DNA of 64,000 nucleotides from Phoronis australis (taxonomy: Eukaryota > Animalia > Phoronida), in NCBI GenBank assembly GCA_002633005.1, contig NMRA01000082.1:721988-785987 (forward strand), in the 5' to 3' direction. The notes beneath the pieces are model-generated. The model searched no databases and had not been told where the DNA came from. It saw nothing but the letters and a program-made list of their open reading frames with translations. A program made the translations under genes and the position numbers. Shown one piece after another: positions 1-14,500 of the stretch (within the stretch, counting starts at the first letter, position 1; each line of letters starts with the position of its first letter).

Positions 1-478
1 CCCCCCCTTGTGATATCCTAGATCCGCCACTGATATTCACTCGAATTGAGGTATTGTGATTTCGTTCTTATCGCGATGTGTTGGGTGGTGTTTCGTATTC
101 GCGTGGTTCTATCGTCTGCAGAACGCTTAAGAACGAATCATTCAGTTTGTAAAGGAGTGACCCAGTCTCCTGTCAACTCTCGGCGTCTCTGATATTGAAA
201 TACACTGTAAAGTGGTCTCACTTTCAAGGCCCAAAACTGATCATCGCTTCATATAAAAACTATTTTAAATATGAAATTATTATGCGTCATCTTTACTATT
301 GCTGTTTTGTCCATTTAGAGCGACGATATTTCGGTTTGTTATTATTTCTTTGCATGCTCTGTGTATTCTTCAATAGATATATACATGTATCTCTTTAATA
401 TTTGACAAAACGCGCTACTTGAATGACTGTGATGAGATTGCCGCATTATATAGCAAACCCCCCTCCCGACCTCTCCCG

Positions 479-580
479 ATTCGGTGCTATGCGCATCTAC
501 AATCGTGGTTCAGTTTGCGCAAATGCTTACAGCCGGACAAATGTTGGGCTCCCCCTTGTGATATCCTAGATCCGCCACTG
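479..580 (+). repeat. Dispersed repeat / MITE 3' end (copies 1-32, 479-580, 9750-9858)
   Basis: Shared attcggtgctat..gcatctacaatcgtggttcagtttgcgcaaatgctt...cttgtgatatccta(g/c)atccgccactg. Confidence 0.75.
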
Positions 581-2427
581 TTACTTATCAACATGAGGGG
601 AGCTTGCAAACACTACGCCATTTTGCTGAGGAATGTGACCTAGTTTTGCTGAGTTAGAAAACTTTTTAAAAGCCATTTACACACGTAGTGAAAATCCAAT
701 AATGCAGTTCCCATATGCGACAATCGCAATTACCTCATCACATGGTCATTTTTTGCATGGTGTATCTGTAGTAAACATGGTCAACCGCCTTCACGACAAT
801 ATGGACCGTGGCCGAAAAAAATCAGATCCAAGGAAATGAAAGTAGGGTTGAAGTCTTTTAAAATCTGTTGGTATCTATAAATGTGATGTTTTATTTGATT
901 CAACTTTGCGTGGGATTTTTACGGGACCTCTGAATTGAGCTGCACTAGATTGTGCTTTCAATCAGGTAAGGTGCTGAACAAAATTAAAATATAAATAATA
1001 CTAATGTTTAGTGATTTAAACAAACTTTGATCGGTGACGAATTGAGATGCATCAATGCAAACAGTGGTGAATTAATTTTTCTCGTTTTGATAAGAAGACT
1101 TCTAATAAATCTGGAAGATTTGTAATTTTCTAAGCAAGAGTGACGATCAAGAAGAGACGAATTGGTTGCCTTTTGATTTTGATAAAAAGTATTGCCGCTA
1201 CAAACTTTCATTTTTGTAGGAGATGACACTACAACACCAACTTCAAAAATCGTGTCAATTCCTATGCGCACATTACTGTAGTTTGCCTGGTGCTTCCTTG
1301 CGGGCGCTCTTTAATTGGACCTCCAAAATCGAAATTGTTTTCAGACTTAACTTCTCTACACCGATGCTAGGAATCTGGAAACGATCGATATTCAAAGAAG
1401 AAATGTGTATTTTGAAATCATTCTTTAGGCCACCCGCCTTGTGAATTGGTGGGATTATGCTCTTACATGTATGTAGCGGGTGTGGGAAGGCACTGTCGTA
1501 TATTGGAAGTTGAGAAAAGGAATACCCCAGATAAATACAAGCACTATCGTGATATGAAAACTTACCATGTCCTGCGTCATGAGAACCAGATTTCTCCACT
1601 GAATAACAGGCATCAAACCGGTTGTACCCTTTGTACGAGAAAGTTGGTTTCAGAATGCTAACCAAACTTGCGTGCATTCAATTGAGTCTGTTACTGTTCA
1701 TTCACTGGTTTGCATCCAATTGACGTAGTAAGCTGTCTATAGCCCCTGTCGTGTTTGAATACAGTCCCAAAATAATTTCTGTTATTTAAGTCCAAACCCT
1801 GGAAGTAACTGTACTGTCACCACTACCTGGTTCCAAACAGAATCTCTCGAAACACAATGACATTATGTCCAGTTTTAGTCGCCATATTGACATTGGATAC
1901 TTTACTAGAGTCTACGACTCGAGCACATCTGCGTATATTTAGTAACGCTAAACCTTACGCTAGGACCCAGCTAAAACTTATCCGAAGTCACACGTTTTCA
2001 TTTAAAGTACAAGACAATATCTAATTTAATCTCGCGAAGTCTCACGTTTTAGCGAGATCCGAACGTTATTGAATGGGAGGCTGGTGTACTTAACACGCAA
2101 ATTCAAAATTATATTTTTTGATAATAGCATACTTGTCACAGCATTTCCATTCCAGGTTCCAGTCGCGATACGTCTTATCACTAGGAAATCAAAAAAGACG
2201 GGTTCATCATCTCCGAAAAACAAACGCATGGGTCCGGTCTGTACATGTACGGTATCTAGGTGGCTTTTCTGTTTTCGCCCACCAACTCCCTAGGATTCTC
2301 CGCTCTTAAAAGCACATTCATGCACTGGAGATGACGGCAGTTCTAATGGTTAGCAGCACCTGGGGAGGTATCAGTTGTTAGGAATCATCACACGTTTTTA
2401 TCAGCTTGCTTTGTGTTATTACATTAG

Positions 2428-2573
2428 GTATGGATACAGTCAAAAAGAAAATCCAAGGACCAAAACCTATACTGCACATGGCATATCGTGAAGCGGTGGC
2501 AGTGAAATTCATTCATCCGACAGCTGGTTCCGACGAACACACTCCTGACCTATATGAGATTGAATATCGAGAG
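2428..2573 (+). CDS. Gene 1 exon: FN3 domain, N-terminal half
   Basis: acattag|GT ATG GAT...CGA GAG|gtaagt. Encodes MDTVKKKIQGPKPILHMAYREAVAVKFIHP...PDLYEIEYRE; paralogous exon at 61291-61436. Confidence 0.8.
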
Positions 2574-5500
2574 GTAAGTTCGGAAACAGAACCTTCTATT
2601 AAGTGGTAGAGTGGATTGGTAAGTTGAGGTTCATGTCTTGATAGAAAACTGAACTGACACATGCCATGGACGGCGTACCATTGGGGTCAGTGCTGCGCCG
2701 CCCATGGTTTATGGGCGGTGTAGCACAGGGGGACTGGGGGGCAATAGTGCCCACTTTTTCGGTGCTGCTCCACCCATGCATGCCAGACTTGAACATTTTT
2801 TGTCGCTACGGTGGTTCAGACTTCTTCTGCTTCAGATTTTCCCGTGTATCGTTTACGCAATCTCATTGATAACCGTTGTGTTTATGGCAATTCAAGGTTG
2901 AAGCTATAATCACAGTTGACAAACGGTGGCATGCCTAATAAATTAAGACATTGAAGCCTCAATCACTAGCATTTTGTTGTTAAATCGCAAGAGTTTAACC
3001 TCCGTCGGCCGCAGACCGGATTCATCTCCGTCAGACGTTTGCGAAGTTGCCACTGGTCTGGATGAAATCTGGCGAGCGTTCAGTAGACACTAGGACCTAC
3101 GCTAGGACCTAGCTAAAGCCTAGTCAAAGTCACGTGTTTCCATTTAAAATACACGGCAATATCTCACGTAATCTCGCGAAGTCTTGCTTTTTAGCGAGGT
3201 CCTAGCGTTACTGAACGGGAGGCTGATATCGACGAAACATCGGTCTATATCAGTTTGTCGCACATTTACTTTTAAATTGAACTCTTACTGTTACTTAACG
3301 ACGGCTTGCAGACATTGACTTCATATTCTCTGGCCTCATTGTACAGTGTCATAACGTTGTCTCCCGTTTGACAAAAAATTACTACAATTTTTTGTATTTT
3401 GGCGAACTTTTGATGACTGATTCGACGCTGCACATTTGTTAGTCCACCATGTGCACGCTAAAGGTAGTGGTTTTCGTCTGACGGACCTGAAATTTACTCA
3501 CAGGGTTCATCTCATGAAAAGCTTGAGACATTACATTAGGGGCGAAATCACGCCGAATATTGGGGTGTGCGGGTCATTTATAAAAACTTCGTTTCATTGA
3601 GTGTGTGGATAGATCTATGAGAGTTTTATAAAGTTTATGGTGTGCCTTCCTCATTAGGACTTTCAGTTCTCCGATGACTTGTCTATTCATTGATTGGCCT
3701 CTCGTGCGTCCCGGCTCTTGCGTCCCTTGTGGATATGAGGATTTACTAACTCACTCTTGCTCCTCCACTTTAATACTGGAAAAAGGCGCCAACTGATAAT
3801 GAAGTTGAATGCTTCTGTTGTCTCGAGTTAGGCCTCAGAAGATAAATCCTATCCAATGTGCTATACTCGTCTTCGTAGAAATGGCATTGAATCGCTTATA
3901 AAGCATTATTTAGATTTACATCTTTTCTAGGTTGGGCAAAAACAACCGCATCTTCTTGATAAGGCAAAATTCGTTACAATGAAGAATGAAAAAACAGAGA
4001 CTATAGCCTATATTCCGGTTAGGTCCGGCATGGAGTATGACGTCAACGTCTTCGCTGCTTACCACTTTGGTGGTAACAAATTGCAACGCATTGCCGGCAA
4101 AGCATCAGAAACATTGAGAATAAAAGGTAAGAGTTATATTTTCTAAACCTCTTAACGACATGATTTTGATAACCTCCTAACTAGCAGCGCCAACATGGTA
4201 ATGCACACATCTTTTCACGCAAAAGGACTGTTAATTCAAGCATTTCTTATATAGTCAAAATACCATTAACCACAACAACGCTGTTTTATTAAGTTTCCTT
4301 GAGATATGAGCTTTGAATTTTCATCAAACGAACTATATACATGAAAATTTTATTGATAGCGCAAATGGCAATCAATATGTTATTTTGTTAAACAACTACA
4401 TTTAATAAGCTGACAACACGAAAACCGCTTTAGACATGATGAACATCGCTTGGCAAAAATCTGCCCATCTCTGGTAAACGGCGCAAGAGCGCATGGATTT
4501 CAGACAAAGAATTTTTTTCGACACTTTAGCAAGCGCAAGCGAGGTTTCAAACGTCACGATGCACCAATCATCGTACAGTTACCGTTGACAGATACTAAAA
4601 GAACGCGTTGCACATAATTTCCCGACCGAGAGCTACACGTACAGTATGATTGCTGCTTACAGTGTTGAGATCAGGCCAACATTAGCCAATTACCACAGAT
4701 TTGATTTTTTTAAAGCAATATCACAAGACCCTGTCTTGGAAGAGAGTTTGTACATGTAAATACTTCGGCAGGAAACACGCACACGTGCTTGGGTAATTTC
4801 TACTCTGTTCCTAACAGGGTAGAGTGCGGAATAATTATATATTTATTTTCCACACTTCACCGGAAGAGGTCAATTTACGCAAGCACCTTCAAATTTTGAA
4901 ACTGCTTCTAAATCAGCTGAAAAGTTGCGCTTTTCAATTTTGACACTCAAGTCTAACCCTACATGTATATGCCAATTGGTCACTGAGTGCGTACATGTGA
5001 GCTGGAGATTTCAAAATCACGTGTGTGTTTAGTATACATGAACGCAAATCATTGTTGGCCTGCAGTGCCTCATTCGGGTCATTTGTCTTCTAAAATCTTG
5101 AGTTTTTCATCCAATTTGTTTGCCACAGCTTCAACAGCTGGACGTGACCGATTTGCTGGATGACTACAGAGTTTGCATTTATTTGTAAAATATTTTACTA
5201 TTGTTCGTCATGATGCACGTGAAAGGGTCAGTTTGTGACAGTTTTATTAAGATATCTAATACTTATTTTGTTCATGCTTGTAATATAACGTTACATGTAC
5301 ACGTGCATCTTTCCTTGGACATTTAATTGACCAATCAGATTTTACATGCCGAGCATGAATCAGTACAAACATTCATGTAAATTAAATTCCTTCAACTTAC
5401 TATACCGTTTTCACACGCAAACACCCTTCAGTCCAAAACTTTGAGGTCATTTGGAACACTTATCGGGTTATTTACTGCATTTTGTTTTTGCAATCTGGGG

Positions 5501-8500
5501 TTTTCACTCAACTTGTGACACGTGTATTATACTCATCATTGTCCACAATTACATGTAGTTTATGACTGAAAAGATCTACATGTACACCACAAAATAATAT
5601 CTACCTTGCACTTTCTCAGACCCAACAATCTCATCAGATTTTTAACGCCAATATTCACTCTTGTGCACATGAACATCTATCAAGACAATTAATTTAAATA
5701 CAGAGTTTAAGGTCTTATGATCATCACGTGTGCTGTCTCCACCATGACTACAATCATATGCTTTGTTATTCCCTCCATTGGCGCTAACATTCGGGTGAAA
5801 TCTGCAATTTTAGAATTGGTTAACATCAATGAATTTAGGAGTGCTATCCCGAAATGCAGATAGTTTGAATGATCATGTTGCTAACGGAAATCAAGTCCTA
5901 TATTTTTCGCGTTCGGCATGTGACATACTTGCAATTATGGTTTTAATTACCGTCTGTGATTCACAGGATCAAAATATGATGTATTGATCATAATTTCGAT
6001 TTACGAATCAACTTTTCATGAGAGGTTCATGTTATTCTGCCCTGATATTTTGTTTTGAGGTGGACAAGGCTGCAGAGTGGGATTTTTTGGAAAAGATTGT
6101 GCAAACAAATGTCACTGCGAAGGCGATAAGCCGTGCTCTGAAGTCAGCGGACAATGCCCGGGCGAGTGCGATACGTACTACGCCAAAGACCAGTACGGCG
6201 CTTGTACATCTCGTGAGTATACATGTATGTTATCCATGGCCACGGCTGGTTGAAATAATGTTGTCATGTCTTTTGCGAGCGGTTGTATTTTATCGTTTTT
6301 GGTCTTAGACCAGTGCTACGAATCTGCCTCTTATGAGTAAATATTGACTAGGGCCATTTATTTTCATATAATCTAATCAAAGAATGCAAGTACGTTATTC
6401 CTAAACCGGCGTGAGAATGTAAACTTTAAATTCAATCTTTCGAAGAAGCGACAAAGTTGGTGTTGGTATTGTTAAAGGAAATGCGTGCCAGCAAATTCGA
6501 ATGAAAAAACTCACAAAGAAAAGAAGTTATATCATTATAAATTAGGGTGAAGGTCACACACCCAACACATTGTGTCATGCTTATAAACTGCTTTCTGGAG
6601 AAACTTGACAAGACAGATTTTTAGAATGGTGAAGACAGAAAATAGTAACCCAGCTAGTTGGGCCTCAGGAGAAAACTTACCCTCTGACACACTTGAATCA
6701 ATACAATTTATTATTAAAGTGTGCAGTGATCGAAGTAAACAATAACAAGGGAACACCGATACCGTGGCTAAACCCAAACAAAAGTATAGTGCATTGAAGG
6801 CAAGTACAGCGCATTGAAGGAGTATGCAAGTGGTGGTGATATGATCGACAAACTTCCGACCAATCATGTGCATTGATGCCCACACACGGAAATTCGTGTG
6901 TCATTCATCATGTTCCCATAGGGCCACTGTTCAGTATAGGTGGCGCTGTGTCAGAGGGTATGGGTGCTATAGAATTTAAGAATCTTCGCTTATGTAACGG
7001 AAACAATAAAAAAGCCCCGCTATTCAACAAAGCAATCTCGCCTTCCTATCATTTCAGTAGCTGCCATTTTTGTGGACTCACATGTAACCTCCTGGGCATT
7101 CTACGAAACAGGCAGATGGCCGTTACCAGACGAATGCTCAGTAGAGGCGAGATTCTGGCAAAAACGCAAGGCTGTCACCAAAGACTGTGAGAGATAACAC
7201 ATGTTTTACAACAGCTACCTTTGATGTTCTTCGCGTCTACATGTACATGTACGAAACGCACACCAGGACAATAATGGAAGCTTGTGCTTTCTTACCTGAC
7301 AGTATGTGCGAGCTTATTCCTAAATCATACTAGGTTCTGTTTTCCTCTAATTGAATTATTTCAGACAAAGGTTGTCCTGCAGGATGGTGGGGAGATAAGT
7401 GTCGCAACAAATGTAATTGTGAAAATGACGTCAGTTGTGAGAATGCAGAAACTGGTGAGTGCCCCGGTGGCACATGCAGAAAGCGTTTTACTGGGGATGG
7501 TTGCAGTACACGTGAGTAATCAAAATCCCAAGCGCAGGTGCTACGTTTGACAATGAAGATATGTACTGATGATATCTGCATGTACAACATAAGGTCAAAG
7601 CCAACACCATGGTAGGAGGTCTAATCTTTGTACTTGGTATCTAACTCGTAGTGTAGCCATTTTACAACCTGCTTTCAAACTATCTCACAATAAGTGAGCT
7701 GGTTTCATTCTGACCCCCGCAGTTACATGTAAGCTTCCTATCCCAGTCTCGACTTCACGACTCTTAGATTTGAGCTTCAAAGTCGACTGAAAACTTAAAA
7801 GCTGGAGCTAAGCCTCCAACGTTTAGCTTTACTTCGGGGGTGCAAGCAAGGGTTAAACTGTCATCCACAACAACCGAAAAAGTCAAGAACTTATTTTACA
7901 TATATGAAGCGCCAAATGGTTCTTAAAGAGAAACCTTTTGCGTGTCAAAATGTGCTTAAAGGCGAAGGCAACCTTTTCCCATGTCATTTTGAGCTAAAAT
8001 AAGGTTGGTTGGTTATCCTAGACATATTTTCTACTTAATTACAGCTTTTCGTAATTTTATAAATTACTCGTCCGCTACTCCGGAAGTGACGTTTTAGGAG
8101 GCCACTCGGTTTTGCGTTGACTTTACCGTGCGAATCTGTTCTATTCTACTTTTGTTTTGTGCTCTTTTTCAACAATTGTCGCCACCACTTTCCTTCGGCG
8201 AGTATTTTGAGGCAAGATAGGTTAGTAGAGAACTCAACTACGTTGGATTTATTGATTGTTTAGTGTGTTGTAAGCTGGAAATGGCTGGAGTCGGTGATCC
8301 GTATCACAGTGACAGTAGTGTGAGTGACGGAGACACAGCAGTGGTAACGAGGATTTTTTTCACGGACATTCAATGGGTGGGTACATGTTTGAGCCCGAGT
8401 ATAACGAGGCAGAGTACGCACAGGCAGCTGTTGAGAGAAACGAGGCGGCTACTGAGGACAGACGTGGTGACACATCTTGGTGCAAATGCACTTTGTGCGT

Positions 8501-11500
8501 TGTTATGCCTACCTCAATGGAATGCTTGTGCTGTTCAGAGTTTGACGAGACCAAGCCACTACTGGACATGGTTAAGTGGACCTCCGGCACACCACGGACA
8601 GAGGAACAACTGTCCCACTTGCCATAATGTCCCGCGACACACTCCCACTAGATGGTGACCTGAGCACCCAAACTGCTACATCGTGTCGTGTGACTCCCTC
8701 GCCACACACCTGGCACCTTCTAAATAGCTCCAACACTTTAGACAAGTCCACAATAAACTTATCCGAGTTTGGCTCACCGATCTGTTCACTGGACGACGAA
8801 CTGTCCTCTTCACTGGGTGTCGAACTGAGCCTGTAATCACTCCCACTACTCAATATCGCTGCAGGGCTGCTTAGAGGNNNNNNNNNNNNNNNNNNNNNNN
8901 NNNNNNNNNNNNNNNNNNNNNNNNNNNNNNNNNNNNNNNNNNNNNNNNNNNNNNNNNNNNNNNNNNNNNNNNNNNNNNNNNNNNNNNNNNNNNNNNNNNN
9001 NNNNNNNNNNNNNNNNNNNNNNNNNNNNNNNNNNNNNNNNNNNNNNNNNNNNNNNNNNNNNNNNNNNNNNNNNNNNNNNNNNNNNNNNNNNNNNNNNNNN
9101 NNNNNNNNNNNNNNNNNNNNNNNNNNNNNNNNNNNNNNNNNNNNNNNNCGTCGTCTGCTCCACTGTGCAATGAAGAAAAATTACTTCATTTTTTAAAGAA
9201 AATGGAACCTGAGTGGCGATGAAAAAACAGAAGCTGCTGGTAAGATGTGAATTTTAATCGAGGCCTTAGTGAATCACTCAGAAACTCGCAATACTCTCTT
9301 TGTCAAACCTTATCTTAAGACGGTTTCCAAAGCAATCCCGTCATTATTGCCAACACGAAAAATGGATTTGGTCTTTTGGGCATTTGAAGACTATTTCAAA
9401 TACGACATATTTGTTAAGAATTGATGGCACAAAATATAAAACGTGTAATAAGCATTACAAAGAGAAGTAGGTTACGCGCGCAAACGCTGTGGCCCATAAA
9501 CAAGTAAGTCTTTTAGTGTGTGAGTTGTATGTAAATCGTGGTGGTGTAGTGGTAACGTATGCGCACTCAACCCGCTAGGTCGTGAGTTCGAGCCTTCGAC
9601 ACTTGCATTTTTTTCCTGTTTGACACGTTGTCCGTGTTTTTTTTTTGCCTTTTTTTCTTGGATAATACTTCAGGAATCAAGGAAAATGCTTGATTTTTAG
9701 AGGTAAAAACAGAAAAATTTCCTGGGCGGGAGGGGGCCAAACCTCCCCCCATTCGGTGCTATGGGCATCTACAATCGTGGTTCAGTTTGCGCAAATGCTT
9801 CCAGCCGGACAAAATGTTGGGGTCCCCCCCACCTTGTGATATCCTACATCCGCCACTGGTAATTAAGTGGAAAACATGTCTAGGATAACCAACCAACCTT
9901 ATTTTAGCTCAAAATGATATGGAAAAAGGTTGTCTTCGCCTTTAGTCTACGTGTGCTTTTGCTTTTAAGTCTGCATTTGTTTAATCTACGTGTACGTGTA
10001 CTTTTGATTCATCTACGTGTCCGTTTTCTTAAATTAATAATTGTGTTTTGCGTAATTTACGCGTGCTTTTGCTTATTCTGCGCGTACTTTTTACTTAATT
10101 TATGCATACTGTTAATTCTTGAACAATCATCGTTCTGCTCTTAATCAATTTATTTAAGGACTCGGGTGAGATTGGACTTGATGATCTGATTAAAAAAACG
10201 CGTAGATTTCCCATGGCAAATCACGTCGCATGGTGGCCGTAAGCTACTGTTATCTTACGTGATCCATGCCACGAGCCTAAGCAGCTAGTTATCGCCTATA
10301 GGACACTACAATTGTTTCCTTTTTGCGTTTTTGTTGGATATAACAACACAGGTCGCACGTGTATTGTACCTTTGTCGCACATCAGTCGGTCACCAATAAA
10401 TTCTTACTATTAACTGTAGAAAGAAAAAAGCAAAGTGAGCAACGGATACGTCTGTCTACCAATCTCTAGGGCAGGCGATTGCGACCTACATGTAGTTTCC
10501 CCGTGGTTAAGCAAAACTGTGAGTTGATTTAGCGCATTTCAACGCGCAAAAGATACTGCTTTAAAAACCCTTTGGTGGTTCATTAGGCCTATAGACCCTA
10601 ATCTAGAGTCTCTACAAAGAAGAACGGGAAATGTCAAACCCAAGCTTGAGTTCGCTGACAGTTCAAAGATTAAACTCCGGGCCCCGGTGACTTTGTTTCA
10701 TACAGTGCATGTAAATTGCAATATCTGACAGACGTCGCAACTGTTAATCGGTCACATACCAGCATGTTGAAGTTCGTATGGCGGTTAACATTGCTCCATT
10801 GGTAATTTGTTTAACTGATGGAAGACAGGAATGTTGAACTTTCATGCTGCAAAGCACTTCGTTGAATTATAGAATGAAATTTGCTTGACTACGGTTTTTG
10901 TCATTTTTGGGCTAACATTTCATGGTTCTTACAGAGACTAAGTGCAAAGTACCGAAGGTTTACGGACCAGATTGCGATATACCATGCAACTGTTTAAACG
11001 ATGCACAGTGCGACGACTACACCGGCAAATGTGTTCAGTGTCCTCCTGGGTTCAGTGGAGAGAACTGCTCCATAAGTATTATGTTTATATCTACAATCAT
11101 ATGCAAAATAAAGTCAATTATGATGATGTCAACGGCGCCAGGTAACAGTAGACGTGGGATTCATGCTAGTCGTGATTAAGAACACGAGAGACAAAGGGAA
11201 AAACAAGGAAAAAAGGATATTACTACGAAAACGACAGCATTCTAGAAATGATGTAGATAGTCACGAAATGGACTATCTTGATTTCGTGTTCGGACCATAC
11301 GATAGTCTTTTTGGAAAACATGACGCGCTCGACAAACATTGTCACTGGTGCGCCAGTGCATGTCACTGGAAGGTCCTAATGGCAGTACCAATTGAGCTTG
11401 TTTTGATTGCAGTGTTGTAATGCCAATGGGACAAATTTTCAAAGCTACTTTACTAATCCTTGTTAATGCTAAGTACTGTATATTTACGGAACAATTCGAT

Positions 11501-14500
11501 CACTCCTGTGCCTAATTTAAACCTTGAAATAAGCCTGCAAGAAGCATATCAATGTAAGTCCCTTGTTCCAGAACCAAAGTGCCCAGATGGATGGTACGGT
11601 GCTGGGTGCGGTAAAAAGTGTGATTGTGATCCTGGACAACCCTGCAACCAACTTGGACAGTGTGAAACCAGTAAGATTTTACTCTGAGGACACTCCAGTC
11701 AAGCCAATATTTACTTGAAGTCGAAGACATATAGTTAAACTATAGTCATGTGAATTTTGTGAAAGCCCATTGATGGCTTTCGATTAGAGCCTGCCATTTA
11801 GGACAATCGTAGTCATCCACATGGTGACTTAAGCAAACAACTATATAAATACGAATTGGGACAGCTTTTCGAAACGCTGCGAATTAATAAGTACTTTGAA
11901 TTCAAAATTACCACCACGTTTTGGAACGGGTCAACGGTAATCCTTCTCCCACTCCACGGAAGCTTATAATTAGTGCAGCCGTTGTAGGACCATATACCAA
12001 TTGATCCAATCCCATGATTTTGTAAAGAATCAAGTGCTAAATTGTTCGCTGCTTACTTACATCGGAAAATGCAAGACTTGAAAAGTTTTCGAAAATGTTA
12101 TCAGGTGCATTTACATCCCTCTCTGTTTGTCGCGTCTTAACAATGGTAAATTCGGCATCACCAAATATCCAAATATCGGGCATCAACAACAATGCTATGC
12201 GACCATTTTTGGTTTCTTTAACCCGTAGTCATAACTTTAGTTTCTTCATCTGAAAAATTTCTGTTCCTCGCACTATTTTTTGATCAAATGTTAAAAGTGC
12301 TTATTAACTACAGCCACTTTTTGATTATGCGTACATTTTTTCACTTTTGATTGATATATATCCTATGGCGGTGTTGATTAGGCCGACGGCTTCACGGGCA
12401 CGCTTCTGAAACAGATTCAGTTCTAACGTTATTTTCTGTTAACAGTGACGAATTAGCGTGCTGAAAACGGCATGTGGTACAAATTTGAGTAAAAGTGACT
12501 GGTTTTATGACGTTTAGCAGTTTTAACTAAAACTTATTCAGGCAAAAAACGTGGCCTAACAGATTTTAACAATTAGTTATAATTTCTGGTAACGGTTTTT
12601 GGTTTTTGTTCTAGAAACAAAATGTCCCGACAACACCTTCGGTGAGCAATGCAAATATAAATGCGATTGCAGTGACCCAACAGCCGTATGCCCACCGGAA
12701 ATACTTGGCTGTGAGTCAAACTGCAAATCGGCATCAAAACACTCTTGCAAGGTCACGTGTGCTGGTGGACGTTACGGCGAGGACTGCTCGAAGTGGTGCA
12801 ACTGTAGCGTGACAATTGACTGCGTCGATGGAATATGCAAAGAAGGTGAATTGATTTCAATCGACAGAAAATGTTTTAATTGTGCTATAGAAATGTTTAG
12901 AACGACATCATTTTGACGTTTTGGACCCGGTGTTATGGCATGTCTATTCCGTCGTCTGCTGTTGTGAGACGGCATCATTAAACATGGGGCACACAATTTT
13001 TTATAAAAAAATATATTTTCATAGGTCTCTGTACCATTCAGTGACAATAGAAACCCGAACGTGGCACATGAAAGATTACTTTAACACATGAAGACAATTT
13101 TTTCTTGCGTTCCAACTTCACAAATACTGAAAATGAATTCACAACGGTCAACGTATTGCAGTTGAGAGTTAGTACATCAGAAACTGCAAATTAGATCAAG
13201 TTAAATCTACAACTGTAACTAACTTTCTGGAATAGTAGTGTGCAATACCAGGCGTGCGTTCAGTAACGCTAGGACCTACATGTACGCTAGGACCTAACTG
13301 AAATGTAGTCAAAGTCACCTGTTCGCATTTAAAATACACAGCAATGTCTCCCGTAATCTCAATACCAGATTTCTGACTTTTATTGAAATTTATCTCTATC
13401 TCAACATTCGAAAGACTGCTGCATCATAGTCACTACAAACGTGTCTGTTTAGCCAGAAGGCTTTGTTATAAAGAAGGCTGAAACTAGAAAATTTCGTCAT
13501 GCTCTATCTGTGATGACGTGCGTACCATCAAACATGAGGAAACATTTAATTCAGATTCACCGCGAAGTGTTCAGGTTTGCCCAACGTGGATTCTTGTTCC
13601 AGAAAAGCCATGCAAAAATCCGCAGAAGTATGGTAGAGACTGTGAATCAGACTGTCAGTGCTCTGAAGGCAACACATGTAGTCGCGCTGAAGGTTTATGC
13701 AAAACTTACGAGCCACTAAGACACTTGAAGTGCTCGAGGCCCCCACTAATGTAAGCCTACACTTGCTGGACTCTCTGACGATTGATACATCTAGCAATGG
13801 CCCACCCTCAATTACCAAAATCCACCTATTTTAGTACTCATTTAATTTACTATTTGTAAAACCTGGACTTGCTGAACCAAACGTCACTGATAGCACTTAA
13901 AGACACCTATGTGCTTGGGTTTGTAAATACGTAACGACATGGATTTCCTGCATATAGTCGCCTTCATTCGGAAACTTCGAGCATGGGACATTTGAGGCCG
14001 TAGCAATAATTTATTAGGGACTGCAGTCTTCCCGATCATTAACTATGTCGCTGACTGCTAGTCGGAAACAACTGGATTTCATTTTTAGTCACCAGTACCA
14101 GGCCCTTGGCGTCGTTTTTAGATATTATTTACCCATGATATTTTTTCAGGAATACACGCACAACTCCAGAAAAAACTCCGAATTTTTCATGATACCAGTC
14201 CAATTTACGGTCCCCCTGCGAATTGCATAATGCACTTTCTGCTAATAGCTCCCTGGCGTCACAAGGTACAGAAGTAAACATGTGCTGTTTTCTAAATATA
14301 TGCACAGTCTTTGGGGTTTACGTTCAGGAAGACTTTGTGCTCAGAGTCCGCTCCAGTGCATCGTAATTAACCATGTGGCAAATTGAAGTTGTTAAACTTA
14401 AAGGAAGTTGTAAGAACTCCTCATTTTTTCAGTATGACATATCAATGTAAGTTTCATAGTTACTACACAGAACTTTGCGCGTGACATGTTTCAACTGTTT

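Larger units (their letters stand above)
7960..9941. mobile_element. Kolobok-like DNA transposon, internally deleted
   Basis: ~80-bp TIRs (aggcgaaggcaacctttt...acttaattac / gtaattaagt...aaaaggttgtcttcgcct), flanked by TTAA (7956-7959) and TTAG (9942-9945). Contains convergent KolX-like and transposase-like remnants and spans the N gap. Confidence 0.75.

Noticed and set aside
8373-8627. P2X7 receptor gene
   Set aside because: Only the Cys-rich ballast-like motif is present, inside transposon TIRs, with no P2X channel domain.
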